Positions 1 through 9,634 of a stretch of 64,000 nucleotides of DNA are shown here, in pieces. Positions within the stretch are counted from its first letter, which is position 1; each line of letters opens with the position of its first letter. The translations under genes and the position numbers were made by a program. The stretch is from the IMG/VR virus record IMGVR_UViG_3300045988_126669, positions 97,217 to 161,216 of that record; one strand, 5' to 3'. The stretch comes from a virus. Below the pieces are notes generated by a model. It ran no database searches and was not told where the DNA came from. It saw only the letters and a list, made by a program, of their open reading frames with translations.

Positions 1-616
1 CCAGGTGCGTTGGTATGAAGACGCGGAGTATGCTAAGCTTTACCCCGAAAAATCCCAAGAGGTAGCAACTAAGATGGCTCCGCATCGTCAAGTTCTTGGG
101 TTTGGCGATGCGGGCTACATCACGATTTTCAAAGGTAATTGTGATGAAGAGAATGATTGGTTTAAGATGAGTTCCGCACGTTATACGCGGTTGTGGGGTT
201 GGTATTTCCGCTCATGTGATGAGATTCCTGCGCTTCCCGCAGATGTTGAACCGATTCGTCTTGATTGGGATAAGGTTGGCGGAGCAGATGGTGAACTTTA
301 TCGTGAAGAAGTGGTAAAGCACGCGGTTGATGTTCTTGTGTATGACGAGAGTTTGGCTCAGTGGATCGGCAACATTGGCGACCGCATTGACATTACCGTG
401 AAAATTGATGATAAGCACGCTCTTGAAAGCAAATATGGTCATACCATTGCTTATTCTATGAGTGATGCCGATGGTAATCAGTTTATGTGGATTACTTCTT
501 CCAAGAGTGATTGGACTGTTGGGAATACTTATCATATCCGCGGAACTGTGAAATCACAAGATGTTCGTAAGAATGTAAAGATTAACACGTTAACAAGATG
601 TAGTGAGGTAAAATAA
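1..616 (+). CDS. hypothetical protein, 5'-partial (continues upstream of window)
   Basis: Open frame from window edge to TAA at 614-616; the GTG at 5 is probably internal. Confidence 0.5.
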   Translation, partial: QVRWYEDAEYAKLYPEKSQEVATKMAPHRQVLGFGDAGYITIFKGNCDEENDWFKMSSARYTRLWGWYFRSCDEIPALPADVEPIRLDWDKVGGADGELYREEVVKHAVDVLVYDESLAQWIGNIGDRIDITVKIDDKHALESKYGHTIAYSMSDADGNQFMWITSSKSDWTVGNTYHIRGTVKSQDVRKNVKINTLTRCSEVK

Positions 617-792
617 TGGAAATGGAACCTATTTATTGTGCGTATGACACTTTGAATCCAACCATCAATCCTGATGGAACTGAGAAGCATTGGTGCAGTA
701 GTTATAATACTTATATTTGTCTCAGGTGTCCTTCTCGGTTTGATGGTGAACGTATCAAAAATTATATGGAAAATAATCCGAAGGAGCATTAA
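616..792 (+). CDS. small Cys-rich hypothetical protein (~58 aa)
   Basis: ATG overlaps the upstream stop (TAATG); Cys pairs CxxC...CxxC; TAA stop. Confidence 0.3.
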   Translation: MEMEPIYCAYDTLNPTINPDGTEKHWCSSYNTYICLRCPSRFDGERIKNYMENNPKEH

Positions 793-795
793 ATT

Positions 796-1467
796 ATGAA
801 GAGATTTATTTGTGGTATTATTGCAATTATCCTTTGCCTTTCGTTGACCGCGTGCGACAGTCCAGAAACAACTACAATTACCGCCGAGCCGGAAGATGGC
901 GATGTTAAGCTTTCTTTCCTTGCTACCTTCTATGATAACCACGGCGCCCAGTGGCTTCGGTGTGAAGGCGAGACCTTCGACATTAAGCCTAACAAGGTGA
1001 AGGAATGGGCTTATACTACTGATGGTAGTTGGGTTGGTTCGTATTCTCTTTCGTCAGTTGTAAGCATTGACATTGATGGCAAGAGTATTGAGAGTTGCGG
1101 TTCTACTATTGTTTTTGCGGATAGCCGTCTCACTCAGTATGATGTAGATATTCCCGCGGAAGCCTCGACTAATAGTGGCAATGGAGCCAGCATTTCCGCG
1201 CCTACCGACCGCAGTTGGGATGAGTATTGGGATCTTTCTTGGTGGTATTGGAAGTCTAAGGATTTGAATAATGCGGATACCGGTAGTAAGATTGTAGTGA
1301 TTCAGTCTCAGATGGGCGACCCCATTTGTATGTTTACTGGTGATAATGTCTCTTGGAGTATTCCAAAGAATCTTCCTAAGACTACTCAGTTAATGATTGA
1401 TGGCAAGGCAGTATATATTCATCGTGCGAATTTCGCCATCATTGATACTGATTTATTCAATAATTAA
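796..1467 (+). CDS. putative lipoprotein
   Basis: RBS AAGGAG; N-terminal signal peptide MKRFICGIIAIILCLSLTAC with lipobox LTAC. Confidence 0.6.
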   Translation: MKRFICGIIAIILCLSLTACDSPETTTITAEPEDGDVKLSFLATFYDNHGAQWLRCEGETFDIKPNKVKEWAYTTDGSWVGSYSLSSVVSIDIDGKSIESCGSTIVFADSRLTQYDVDIPAEASTNSGNGASISAPTDRSWDEYWDLSWWYWKSKDLNNADTGSKIVVIQSQMGDPICMFTGDNVSWSIPKNLPKTTQLMIDGKAVYIHRANFAIIDTDLFNN

Positions 1468-1486
1468 ATAAATAAAAAGTCCTTTT

Positions 1487-1515
1487 TTGATTTTTTATAA
1501 ATATTATTATATAAT
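1487..1515 (+). promoter_or_regulatory. sigma70-type promoter (TTGATT-17-TATAAT)
   Basis: Member of the repeated promoter family; followed by ATTTATAGAAAGTTAAGAAAGGA leader and RBS. Confidence 0.6.
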
Positions 1516-1547
1516 ATTTATAGAAAGTTAAGAAAGGACTTTTTTAT

Positions 1548-1832
1548 ATGACTTATATTTCTAAGCCTGTCGTGCGTTATGATCAGTTTATTGAATGGCT
1601 TCGTGCTACTTTTCCTGATTGGACTGAGGATGAAGTAAATGATATGGTGGAATTCCTTCTTGATTATGGTAATTATGAAGAAATTCATTTTATTGGCAAT
1701 GATGAAGATCTATCTACCTGTGATGAAGATGAGTGTGAAATCTTTGCCAATGTGAACCGTGTCTATGCGGAACTCCGCAAATTCTTTTGCTATACCGATT
1801 ACAAGACCCTGCTTGTATGTTGCGATTGGTAA
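1548..1832 (+). CDS. hypothetical protein, tandem paralogue A
   Basis: Promoter plus AAGGA RBS; 94 aa; paralogous to 1866-2150 (shared NDEDLS..DEDE.EIFANxNRVYAELRK). Confidence 0.6.
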   Translation: MTYISKPVVRYDQFIEWLRATFPDWTEDEVNDMVEFLLDYGNYEEIHFIGNDEDLSTCDEDECEIFANVNRVYAELRKFFCYTDYKTLLVCCDW

Positions 1833-1865
1833 AATAATATAAAAAGTTAAGAAAGGACTTTTTTT

Positions 1866-2150
1866 ATGGATTATACTTTGAAACCTATTGTATATGGAAA
1901 TCAATTTAGGACTTGGCTTCATGATACTTTCCCTGAATGGTCAGAGAATGACATTGATGATGTTATAGATGTTATTCTTGGTGATTGGAGTTATACCGAA
2001 GTTTATTTCATTAACAATGATGAAGATTTATCTCTTGTTGATGAAGATGAGCGCGAAATTTTTGCTAACGCGAATCGTGTTTATGCCGAGCTTCGTAAGG
2101 TCTTTTGTGATACTGACTATGTAAGTATTCTCGTATGTCGTAGTTGGTAA
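1866..2150 (+). CDS. hypothetical protein, tandem paralogue B
   Basis: Same length and conserved motifs as 1548-1832. Confidence 0.6.
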   Translation: MDYTLKPIVYGNQFRTWLHDTFPEWSENDIDDVIDVILGDWSYTEVYFINNDEDLSLVDEDEREIFANANRVYAELRKVFCDTDYVSILVCRSW

Positions 2151-2157
2151 GATCTTT

Positions 2158-2186
2158 TTGACATTTTTAAAAAAATAATATATAAT
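2158..2186 (+). promoter_or_regulatory. sigma70-type promoter (TTGACA-17-TATAAT)
   Basis: Consensus hexamers with 17-bp spacer. Confidence 0.65.
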
Positions 2187-2219
2187 ATATATAGAAAATA
2201 AGAAAAGAGGTTATTTATT

Positions 2220-2462
2220 ATGGAGTATCACTACATAGCTCATGTTCATGCAGTAGACCCAGAAAAGGAAGATTTTCAGGGTGTAATGGTAGCCTCTGAT
2301 TATTTGGAAGCAATTAAGCGTATTGTGTATTTCTATAAATACGATATTGCTTTTGTGGAAATTATTATCGCTGATGATAAAACAGTTCCTTACCTTGGAG
2401 CGAAGATTACGTTTAGTCATCAGGCAATTTGCGATATATTAGGAGAGGATAACAATGATTGA
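2220..2462 (+). CDS. hypothetical protein
   Basis: Consensus promoter 2158-2186 and RBS upstream; 80 aa. Confidence 0.5.
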   Translation: MEYHYIAHVHAVDPEKEDFQGVMVASDYLEAIKRIVYFYKYDIAFVEIIIADDKTVPYLGAKITFSHQAICDILGEDNND

Positions 2463-2730
2463 AAAAGTAATCGCGATTCATAGTGAGCGCTATGGCTTGG
2501 TGTTTTGCACGGCTACTGAAACTTGGACTCCCGAGGAATTCATTACCCATTTAGCTATTCCTCACAAGTCTCGTTATAAGATTCGTGAAATTTGGGAAAT
2601 GGATTATCCCGAAGATGGTATTCATGCTCATATGATGGATATTCTTATTAATAAAGATAAGGATGGCAAAGCTCATACTGAGTTTGATTTCTTCTGGGAC
2701 GATAAAGATACATTGGAGTGGATGGAGTAA
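2455..2730 (+). CDS. hypothetical protein
   Basis: Start overlaps upstream gene; 91 aa. Confidence 0.5.
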   Translation: MIEKVIAIHSERYGLVFCTATETWTPEEFITHLAIPHKSRYKIREIWEMDYPEDGIHAHMMDILINKDKDGKAHTEFDFFWDDKDTLEWME

Positions 2731-2883
2731 TGGATAATTTGTTTATGTGTTATGCGAATTACACTGAGGAACTTGAAAGAATTATCAAGGAAATTAGTGC
2801 TGGCGCAACGACCTTTCAGACTGAGCTCACTCTAACGGATAGTGATATGGAATATATCCGACGAGAAGTAGAGAGGAGACTAA

Positions 2884-4242
2884 ATGGCTGAATCTAATGT
2901 AATGGGAACTTATAAATTCCCACCTAATGTCTTTAATAAAATCTTAGACAATTTTAGTCAAGCAGTTCAAGATGGTAAGTATCATAAGCTTGATTATGTC
3001 TTTTGGCGTAAATTAAAGACTACTAAAAATAGTGTTAGGATTGTTGTCAAATCTGACCTTAATGGTAAAATTTTCTTTGATATTTTTCCTGATACTTATA
3101 TTATGAATTCTTTCTTTGCTGACGGTATTGATGGTTCTTTTGGTGAATATTTAATTGATAATGTTTGTAATATTTTTACAAATGATTATGCGATTGAATG
3201 TTCGGAAAAGTTTCTTGAATATAAGATGCGTAGGGCAAAGAAGACTGTTGAAAAGAATAATAATATAAGCAAGACCCGCGATGACCTTGATTATACCAAA
3301 GTATGTGCGGGGTGGAATACAGAATTTTCCACTGCGTGGACTATTTCTGACGAAGAAGCCCAGAAAATTCTTGGAGAGTTAAATACTACACCTATTACGA
3401 TAGTTCCTGATAATGATTGTATGACTGGAAAGGTTGCTTCGATTAATTCTAACGCAATTTTTGCTACTACTCTTGCCACCCCTGACACAATTACACTCGG
3501 TAGTCAAATTGACGCAATTAAAGATAAGTGCGCTATGATTGATAACGATTATATTGATGATCGAATCAATAAAGTTTTGAACGAACAAAATACATTTAAC
3601 AATAATGTTGATAATAAGAAAGGAAATAAGAAAATGAAGGCGTTTAATTTTGATTTTGGCCCCTGCACCACTGATAACATTCGTATGTCTATGTATGGCT
3701 TGGCCGTGAAGAACGCGAACGGCACTTGGGTTTCTTACAACCCTGAGAGTAAGGAGATTATCGACGTCGATATCTTCAACTTTGATGGTGGTAAGTTCCT
3801 TTACAAGATGCCGGTTGCCATCAAGGATATCGCCCCTGGTATGGTTATTGTTCATAACCGCAAGGCTATGTTCGTAATTGAGGTTGGCGATAGCGGTATT
3901 ACGGTTGTTGATCCGCAGGCCGGTGAGGAGAAGAAGATTCTTCCTACGAAGAATTGCTTCAACTTTAACTTCTATACTCGTGTTGTTTCTCTGTTTGACT
4001 CTTTTATGAAGAGTCCTGAGAATGCGCCGAGTGCGGAGAATCCGTTCGGCAATATGTGGATGTATATGCTGATGGACGATAATCAGAATATGAGTGATAT
4101 GCTTCTTCCTATGATGCTTATGAGTCAGAATGGTAATACTTTTAATGGTATTAACCCTATGATGTTTATGCTTATGGATGGGAAGCAGGACATGAAAGAC
4201 ATGATTGTTCCTATGATGCTTATGGGAACAATGAATAAGTAA
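2884..4242 (+). CDS. hypothetical protein with Met-rich C-terminal repeats
   Basis: 452-aa ORF; C-terminus has repeated PMMLM/MFMLMDG motifs. Confidence 0.55.
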   Translation: MAESNVMGTYKFPPNVFNKILDNFSQAVQDGKYHKLDYVFWRKLKTTKNSVRIVVKSDLNGKIFFDIFPDTYIMNSFFADGIDGSFGEYLIDNVCNIFTNDYAIECSEKFLEYKMRRAKKTVEKNNNISKTRDDLDYTKVCAGWNTEFSTAWTISDEEAQKILGELNTTPITIVPDNDCMTGKVASINSNAIFATTLATPDTITLGSQIDAIKDKCAMIDNDYIDDRINKVLNEQNTFNNNVDNKKGNKKMKAFNFDFGPCTTDNIRMSMYGLAVKNANGTWVSYNPESKEIIDVDIFNFDGGKFLYKMPVAIKDIAPGMVIVHNRKAMFVIEVGDSGITVVDPQAGEEKKILPTKNCFNFNFYTRVVSLFDSFMKSPENAPSAENPFGNMWMYMLMDDNQNMSDMLLPMMLMSQNGNTFNGINPMMFMLMDGKQDMKDMIVPMMLMGTMNK

Positions 4243-4267
4243 GGACAATTTTTAAAAATTAATCTAT

Positions 4268-4320
4268 CCTCATAGTGATATAGTATGAAAGAAAAAATAT
4301 TTTACTATATCACTATGAGG
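4268..4320 (+). promoter_or_regulatory. Perfect 18-bp inverted repeat hairpin that includes the GAGG RBS of the 4331 endonuclease gene
   Basis: cctcatagtgatatagta ...18 nt... tactatatcactatgagg; no T-run after it. Confidence 0.6.
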
Positions 4321-4330
4321 AGAATGTGTA

Positions 4331-5227
4331 ATGAGAAAAATTGATTTAACAGGATAGAAATTCGGAAAGCTAACCGTATTATTTGAATAGCCTGAGAGGA
4401 AAAATTCAAAAATTGTTTGGCATTGTAAATGTGATTGTGGAAATGAATGCGATGTTGTAGGAAGTCAATTAACCAAAGCTGATCATCCTACTCGATCTTG
4501 TGGATGCCTACAAAAAGAAAAAACTCGATTGGCTAATCAGAGTGAAGATTTAACAGGATAGAAATTTGGACGTTTAACAGTAATTAAACGCCAAGAAAAT
4601 AGCTCTAAGTGGGAATGTTTATGTGAATGTGGTAATAAAGTTATTACTACCACTAATCATTTAAAAACAGGGCATACTCAATCTTGTGGATGTTTACAAA
4701 AAGATAGGGCTAGTGAAACTTCTTTTAGAAGTTTAGTAGGATAGAGATTCGGGTTATTGACCGTTCTTAATTTAAATATTGAAAAGTCAAATCCAAAATT
4801 AAAAATATATACTTGCAAATGTGATTGTGGGACTATAAAAGATTTTAATTCAAAAAATTTAATATCAGGCGATAGTCAAAGCTGTGGATGTTTAAGAATT
4901 TCTCATGGAGAACTAAAAATTAAAAATATTTTAGAAAGTTTTAACATTCCATTTGTTTAGGAAAAAACTTTTGATACTTGTAAAAATCCTGAAACTGGTA
5001 AATTATTAAGATTTGATTTTTATGTAGACAATAAGTATCTTATAGAGTATAATGGTAAACAACATTATGAACAAACTCATAATTGGGAACCAATAGAGAA
5101 TACTTAGTATAGAGATAATTTAAAAATTGAATGGGCTAAAAAAAATAATATTCCATTAATTATTATTCCTTATACAAAGTATGATACTCTAACAATAGAT
5201 GATTTATTATTATCATCTAATGAATAA
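4331..5227 (+). CDS. homing-endonuclease-like protein: three N-terminal Cys-rich repeats plus C-terminal DUF559/Vsr-like PD-(D/E)xK domain
   Basis: Three repeats of G(Q)KFG.LTV..W.C.CDCG....SCGC, then RFDFYV..YLIEYNGKQHY...NIPLIIIPY; six in-frame TAG; TAA stop. Confidence 0.7.
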
Positions 5228-5287
5228 TTTTGTTATTTGCTTATAATTTATAATTGTAAGTAAATATAATAAAACCCCTTTCGCAAG

Positions 5288-5328
5288 AAAGCCCTTTGAT
5301 TGACCGCAAAGGGCTTTCTTTATTTTTA
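5288..5328 (+). terminator. rho-independent terminator
   Basis: aaagccctttg / caaagggcttt stem plus T-run. Confidence 0.7.
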
Positions 5329-5392
5329 TAAAAAAATATAATATAATATATATATAAAGTTAAGAAAGGTATTAAAAAGAGGTTGATAAGAT

Positions 5393-6997
5393 ATGGCTAA
5401 TTTATTTGAGCTCCTTTCCAAAGAAGATTGCGAAAAGATTGAAGAGTATATTCGTAATTTTGCGGGCCTCGGCGGAGATAGTTCCGATATGAAGGCATCT
5501 CTTGACTATATTCTTCGCTTTTGGGCTTATAATAAGCAGAATCTTTATAAGATGTTGGGAGATAATCTTATCATTTCTCGTAAGGTAAGTTATTCTCGTT
5601 CTTATGAAGAGATGAGTGATGATTATTATGATTATTTCGGTCGAAATGGTGATGGATACGAATTCCGAGATATCTTTAATAATAAGTTAAGGGATCTTTA
5701 TCTCAGAACAACCATTTCTAATACTCAGTATTTTAATCTGGCAAATCTTTTGGATGTTGAGCCTTTAATGTCTAACATTTATGATGGTGAATCTTTTAAA
5801 TTCACTTATAATAATAAAACTCTTATGATTAATAAGGGCATGAAGCTTAGTAAAATGCTTGGTAAGCTGAGTGATATTTTGGAGATTGACCGCGATGTTT
5901 ATGAAAAGTTCCGTATCGCTCATTCTCAGTTTCTCAATCAGAAAAATATTTCTGGTGAACTCTGTCTTTCTGTTCATCCTCTTGATTATATCACTATGAG
6001 TGATAATAATTGCGGTTGGGATTCTTGTATGAGATGGCAGAATGGCGGTGGTGAGTATCGTCAGGGAACCGTTGAGATGATGAATTCTCCCATTATCCTT
6101 GAGGCTTATCTTAAATCTGATAAGGACATGGAAATTTGTTATAAGGTTGGTAAGCCTGTGATGTGGAACAGCAAGCGCTGGCGTGAACTTTTCATCGTAG
6201 ATGAAAGTCTTATCCTTGGTATCAAGGGTTATCCTTATTGTAATGATAACCTTGAAAGTATTTGTCTCGCTTGGATCAAGAAGCTCGCTGAACAGAATCT
6301 TGGCTTTGGTCCTTATACCAAGTATTTGAACCAAATTCACAATTACAGTAATAACATTATTGGTGAGCTTGATAGAAGTATTTACTTCAATCTTGATACC
6401 AATTTCATGTATAACGATATCTACTCAGACCATAACGCTTATGTTTCCACTAAGATTCCTACGGACGAAAACATTGATCTTAACTACTCGGGTGAATCTG
6501 AGTGTATGTGCTGTGGAGAGCTTTTTGATGATTCTCTCTTCGATGATAGAGAGAATAATGCGGAAATGACCATCTGCACGAGTTGTTCGGGTACAGTAAA
6601 GTGCGATAAGTGTGGCGATATTGCTTATATCGATGACACTTATAATGTCGATGGAAAAACTTATTGTGCTTATTGTTATGACGAAAGCACAGAAGTTTGT
6701 CCTTGTTGTGAAGTTCGTAAAGATTATGATGATATGAAGCAAATCCGTCTTCGATTCCAAAAGAAGCCAGTTGGATTCTATGCGGATATTTGTTGGGATT
6801 GTTGTGGAGATAAAAAAGTAAAAACCTTCTTCACTGGTGAAATTGAAGAAGAAAGAGACGGTTGGCGCTCTAATTATTATGTCGATGGAGAAACTCTCAC
6901 TGAAAAGGGCAGAGATCTCTTTGACATTAATGAAGAGGAATTTATTTCTTGGGTGAATGGCACTAACCCAAATCAAAGACCTTCTTTGATTTTTTAA
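5393..6997 (+). CDS. hypothetical protein with C-terminal Cys-rich zinc-ribbon tail (paralogue of 9505-10935)
   Basis: 534 aa; shares CLSVHPLDY...W.SC...GEYR.G with the 9505 protein; multiple CxxC pairs at the C-terminus. Confidence 0.6.
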   Translation: MANLFELLSKEDCEKIEEYIRNFAGLGGDSSDMKASLDYILRFWAYNKQNLYKMLGDNLIISRKVSYSRSYEEMSDDYYDYFGRNGDGYEFRDIFNNKLRDLYLRTTISNTQYFNLANLLDVEPLMSNIYDGESFKFTYNNKTLMINKGMKLSKMLGKLSDILEIDRDVYEKFRIAHSQFLNQKNISGELCLSVHPLDYITMSDNNCGWDSCMRWQNGGGEYRQGTVEMMNSPIILEAYLKSDKDMEICYKVGKPVMWNSKRWRELFIVDESLILGIKGYPYCNDNLESICLAWIKKLAEQNLGFGPYTKYLNQIHNYSNNIIGELDRSIYFNLDTNFMYNDIYSDHNAYVSTKIPTDENIDLNYSGESECMCCGELFDDSLFDDRENNAEMTICTSCSGTVKCDKCGDIAYIDDTYNVDGKTYCAYCYDESTEVCPCCEVRKDYDDMKQIRLRFQKKPVGFYADICWDCCGDKKVKTFFTGEIEEERDGWRSNYYVDGETLTEKGRDLFDINEEEFISWVNGTNPNQRPSLIF

Positions 6998-7014
6998 AAA
7001 AAATAATATATAAT
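6986..7014 (+). promoter_or_regulatory. sigma70-type promoter
   Basis: TTGATT-17-TATAAT. Confidence 0.6.
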
Positions 7015-7087
7015 ATTTATGTAAGGTAAAGGAAGAGATACTTCCTAAAAATAAAATTGTTATTTATGAAAGGTTAAGGTAAAAATT

Positions 7088-7504
7088 ATGACTAATGAAA
7101 TTAAAGTATCTAAGCGCGATTATCTGACCGCGATTATCGGAGCTATGCACACTGGTGAGATCAAGTATGATCCCAATGACGTGATCGCATTCTGCGAGCA
7201 TGAGATTGAGTTGCTTGATAAGAAGACTGCCAAGGCTAAGGAGCGTGCGGCCGCCAAGCGTGCTGAGGGCGATGAGCTGACTGAGCAGATTTATAATGTT
7301 CTTTATGACGATGAATTTATGACCATCCCTGAGATCGTCAAGGCTCTCGGTGATGAGAGTGTCTCTGCGCAGAAGGCAAGCTATCGACTTCGCACTCTTG
7401 TGAGCGAGAACCGCGCGGAGAAGACTGAGGTTTCTGTCCCGGGCGCTGATGGCGGTAAGGCTTCCAAGAAAGTGGCTTATCGCAAGATTGTCGCTGAGGA
7501 CTAA
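7088..7504 (+). CDS. hypothetical protein
   Basis: 138 aa; GC-richer codon usage; terminator follows. Confidence 0.55.
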   Translation: MTNEIKVSKRDYLTAIIGAMHTGEIKYDPNDVIAFCEHEIELLDKKTAKAKERAAAKRAEGDELTEQIYNVLYDDEFMTIPEIVKALGDESVSAQKASYRLRTLVSENRAEKTEVSVPGADGGKASKKVAYRKIVAED

Positions 7505-7521
7505 GAATTAAATGATTAAAT

Positions 7522-7550
7522 GGACTGAAAAATTTTCAGTCCATTTTTTC
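7522..7550 (+). terminator. rho-independent terminator
   Basis: ggactgaaaa / ttttcagtcc plus TTTTTT. Confidence 0.75.
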
Positions 7551-7622
7551 TTGTTATCTGCTCCGACCGGTGCTGGTTGCATATACCGAAAGTCCAAAAG
7601 TAAAAAGCCGTTTAGAATTTTC

Positions 7623-7651
7623 TTGACAAAATTGGAGTTTTTTGTTATAAT
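7623..7651 (+). promoter_or_regulatory. sigma70-type promoter
   Basis: TTGACA-17-TATAAT before the 7676 gene. Confidence 0.6.
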
Positions 7652-7675
7652 TATATTATAAAGGAGTGATATAAT

Positions 7676-8476
7676 TTGAAATATTGTGTTTCCGTGCGTC
7701 AACCTGATGTTGTCCGCGAGAAAGCTGATGAGCTTATGGTTAATTATAATGATATAAACATTATGTATGATATGATTTAGAAATTCCCTAATAAGCGATA
7801 TATTATCAGAATCCGCAAAAACGAAGAAGTGAATTGGGAAGAGATTGATTCCTTTAAGGATAAAGTCGATCTTATTGTAGCATTTGAAGATATGCTTACT
7901 CGTAATGGATGTAATATTGATGTAAAGTATTATTTCGCTTATCCTGCTACGACATGGGCAGAAGTCCGCGTTCTACTTGATCTTGGAGTTAGCGAACTTT
8001 TCATTGGAGCACCGCTTACGTTTGATTTGAGACAATTAAATCAGCAAGCAAAAGTTCCAATTCGTATGATTGCAAATAAATGCTATGACGATAACCTTCC
8101 AAGAGAAAATGGGATATGCGGTTCCTACGTCCGACCGGAAGACGTAGATTATTATGGAACATATGTCTCAACTTTAGAATTTGACGAGCCCGCACTCTCC
8201 AAAGAAGCTGTGCTTTTGGATATCTATCAAAGTGGTCATTGGCAAGGTAATCTAAATCTTTTATTAACCAATCTAAATTATAATGCGGATAATCGTGGAA
8301 TCCCCGAAGATTTTGGCCCCAACCGCATCAATTGCGGTCAGCGCTGTCAACGACAAGGGACGTGCCATTATTGTGAAACCGCATTTATATTCTCTCGTGT
8401 TATAGATAAAGCCGTTCAAGCAAGTAAGCAGAATAATCCTATCCCCGAGGCGGAAGAGGACTCAATTGACAAATAA
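7676..8476 (+). CDS. hypothetical protein with C-terminal Cys cluster
   Basis: TTG start 9 nt after AAGGAG; own TTGACA-17-TATAAT promoter at 7623-7651; one in-frame TAG at 7778. Confidence 0.45.
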
Positions 8477-8527
8477 AAAAAATAATGTTATAATATAAAT
8501 ATAAGATAAAAGATAGGAGAATAAACT

Positions 8528-9634
8528 GTGAGAGGTTTTAAAACTAATGAACTTTGGTTATTTGAATATCTGGTTCGCTCGACACAAGACGAGTTAAGGG
8601 AATATGTTGCCGATGTATTAAAATCTAAATATACTGAAGTAGTTATTACTAAAGAGTATATTTGTGCGGTTGGCGATATTCCGATTGCCTTAGTGGCTCA
8701 TCTTGATACTGTATTTGAGAAACCGGTTAAAGATTTATATTATGACACAAGAAAAAATGTGCTTTGGTCGCCTGAAGGTCTTGGCGCAGATGATAGAGCA
8801 GGAGTATATGCGATTCTTCATATTTTGAGGAATACATCTTTGCGCCCTTCTATTATTTTTACCACTGATGAAGAAATTGGTGGATTAGGTGCCGAAGCAT
8901 TAGTATTACAATATTTTGAGTGTCCATTTCCTGATCTGAAATATATTATTCAGTTGGATAGACAAGGCACAAATGATTGTGTATTTTATGACCTTTACAA
9001 TCCTAAATTCATTGATTACATTGAATCTTTTGGATTTGTAGAGGATTTTGGCACGTTTAGTGATATTAGTGTTTTATGTCCTGAATGGAAAATTTGTGGT
9101 GTAAATCTTTCAGTTGGATACAAGAATGAACATAGTCATGTTGAAACATTAAATGCGAGTGCTCTTTTTGATACGATTAATAAAGTAATCCGCATGCTCC
9201 AAGAGAAAGATATCCCTAATTTTGAGTATTATCGTAATTATCATAACATTTGGTTTGATAATATTTGTAAGAATTTTCCAACTGATGGCGATGGATTCTA
9301 CGTTCATTGTAGAGGATGCGGTCAGTTATTTAGTGAATATGAAACATTTCCAGTAAAGGGATTAGATGGACATACATGTTTTTATTGTCCTGATTGTATT
9401 CCCAGTAATGTTGAATGGTGTGCGGAGTGTGAAGAGGCATTTGAAATTGACCCTGCGAACCCACACAGCGAGTATTGTAAAGATTGTATTGGAGGATTAG
9501 TCAAATGTCATATGACTTCGACATCGAAAGCATTAGAGAACAGTTCAACAAAGTCATCAGTTACTCCCAAGGAATCAGTAATCCAAAAACAGAAGAACTA
9601 TTCGAAAGGTTCCTCGAAGCCAAAAAAGACTTAA
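8528..9634 (+). CDS. putative metallopeptidase-like protein (M20/M28/M42-like motifs) with Cys-rich C-terminus
   Basis: AHLDTV...GADDRAG...TTDEEIGGLGA motif series; GTG start after RBS; 3' end overlaps the next gene by ~130 nt, so the C-terminus is uncertain. Confidence 0.4.
   Translation: MRGFKTNELWLFEYLVRSTQDELREYVADVLKSKYTEVVITKEYICAVGDIPIALVAHLDTVFEKPVKDLYYDTRKNVLWSPEGLGADDRAGVYAILHILRNTSLRPSIIFTTDEEIGGLGAEALVLQYFECPFPDLKYIIQLDRQGTNDCVFYDLYNPKFIDYIESFGFVEDFGTFSDISVLCPEWKICGVNLSVGYKNEHSHVETLNASALFDTINKVIRMLQEKDIPNFEYYRNYHNIWFDNICKNFPTDGDGFYVHCRGCGQLFSEYETFPVKGLDGHTCFYCPDCIPSNVEWCAECEEAFEIDPANPHSEYCKDCIGGLVKCHMTSTSKALENSSTKSSVTPKESVIQKQKNYSKGSSKPKKT

Noticed and set aside
3379-4248. Minus-strand ORFs overlapping the 2884-4242 gene (also 6425-6976, 60769-61704, 5765-6340)
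   Set aside because: Antisense shadows of better-supported + strand genes; His/Lys- or Ile-rich junk translations.
8528-9634. Full 368-aa extent of the peptidase-like ORF
   Set aside because: The last ~40 residues are low-complexity and overlap the well-supported start (RBS GGAGGA plus ATG 9505) of the next gene. The true C-terminus is probably earlier, or a frameshift is present.
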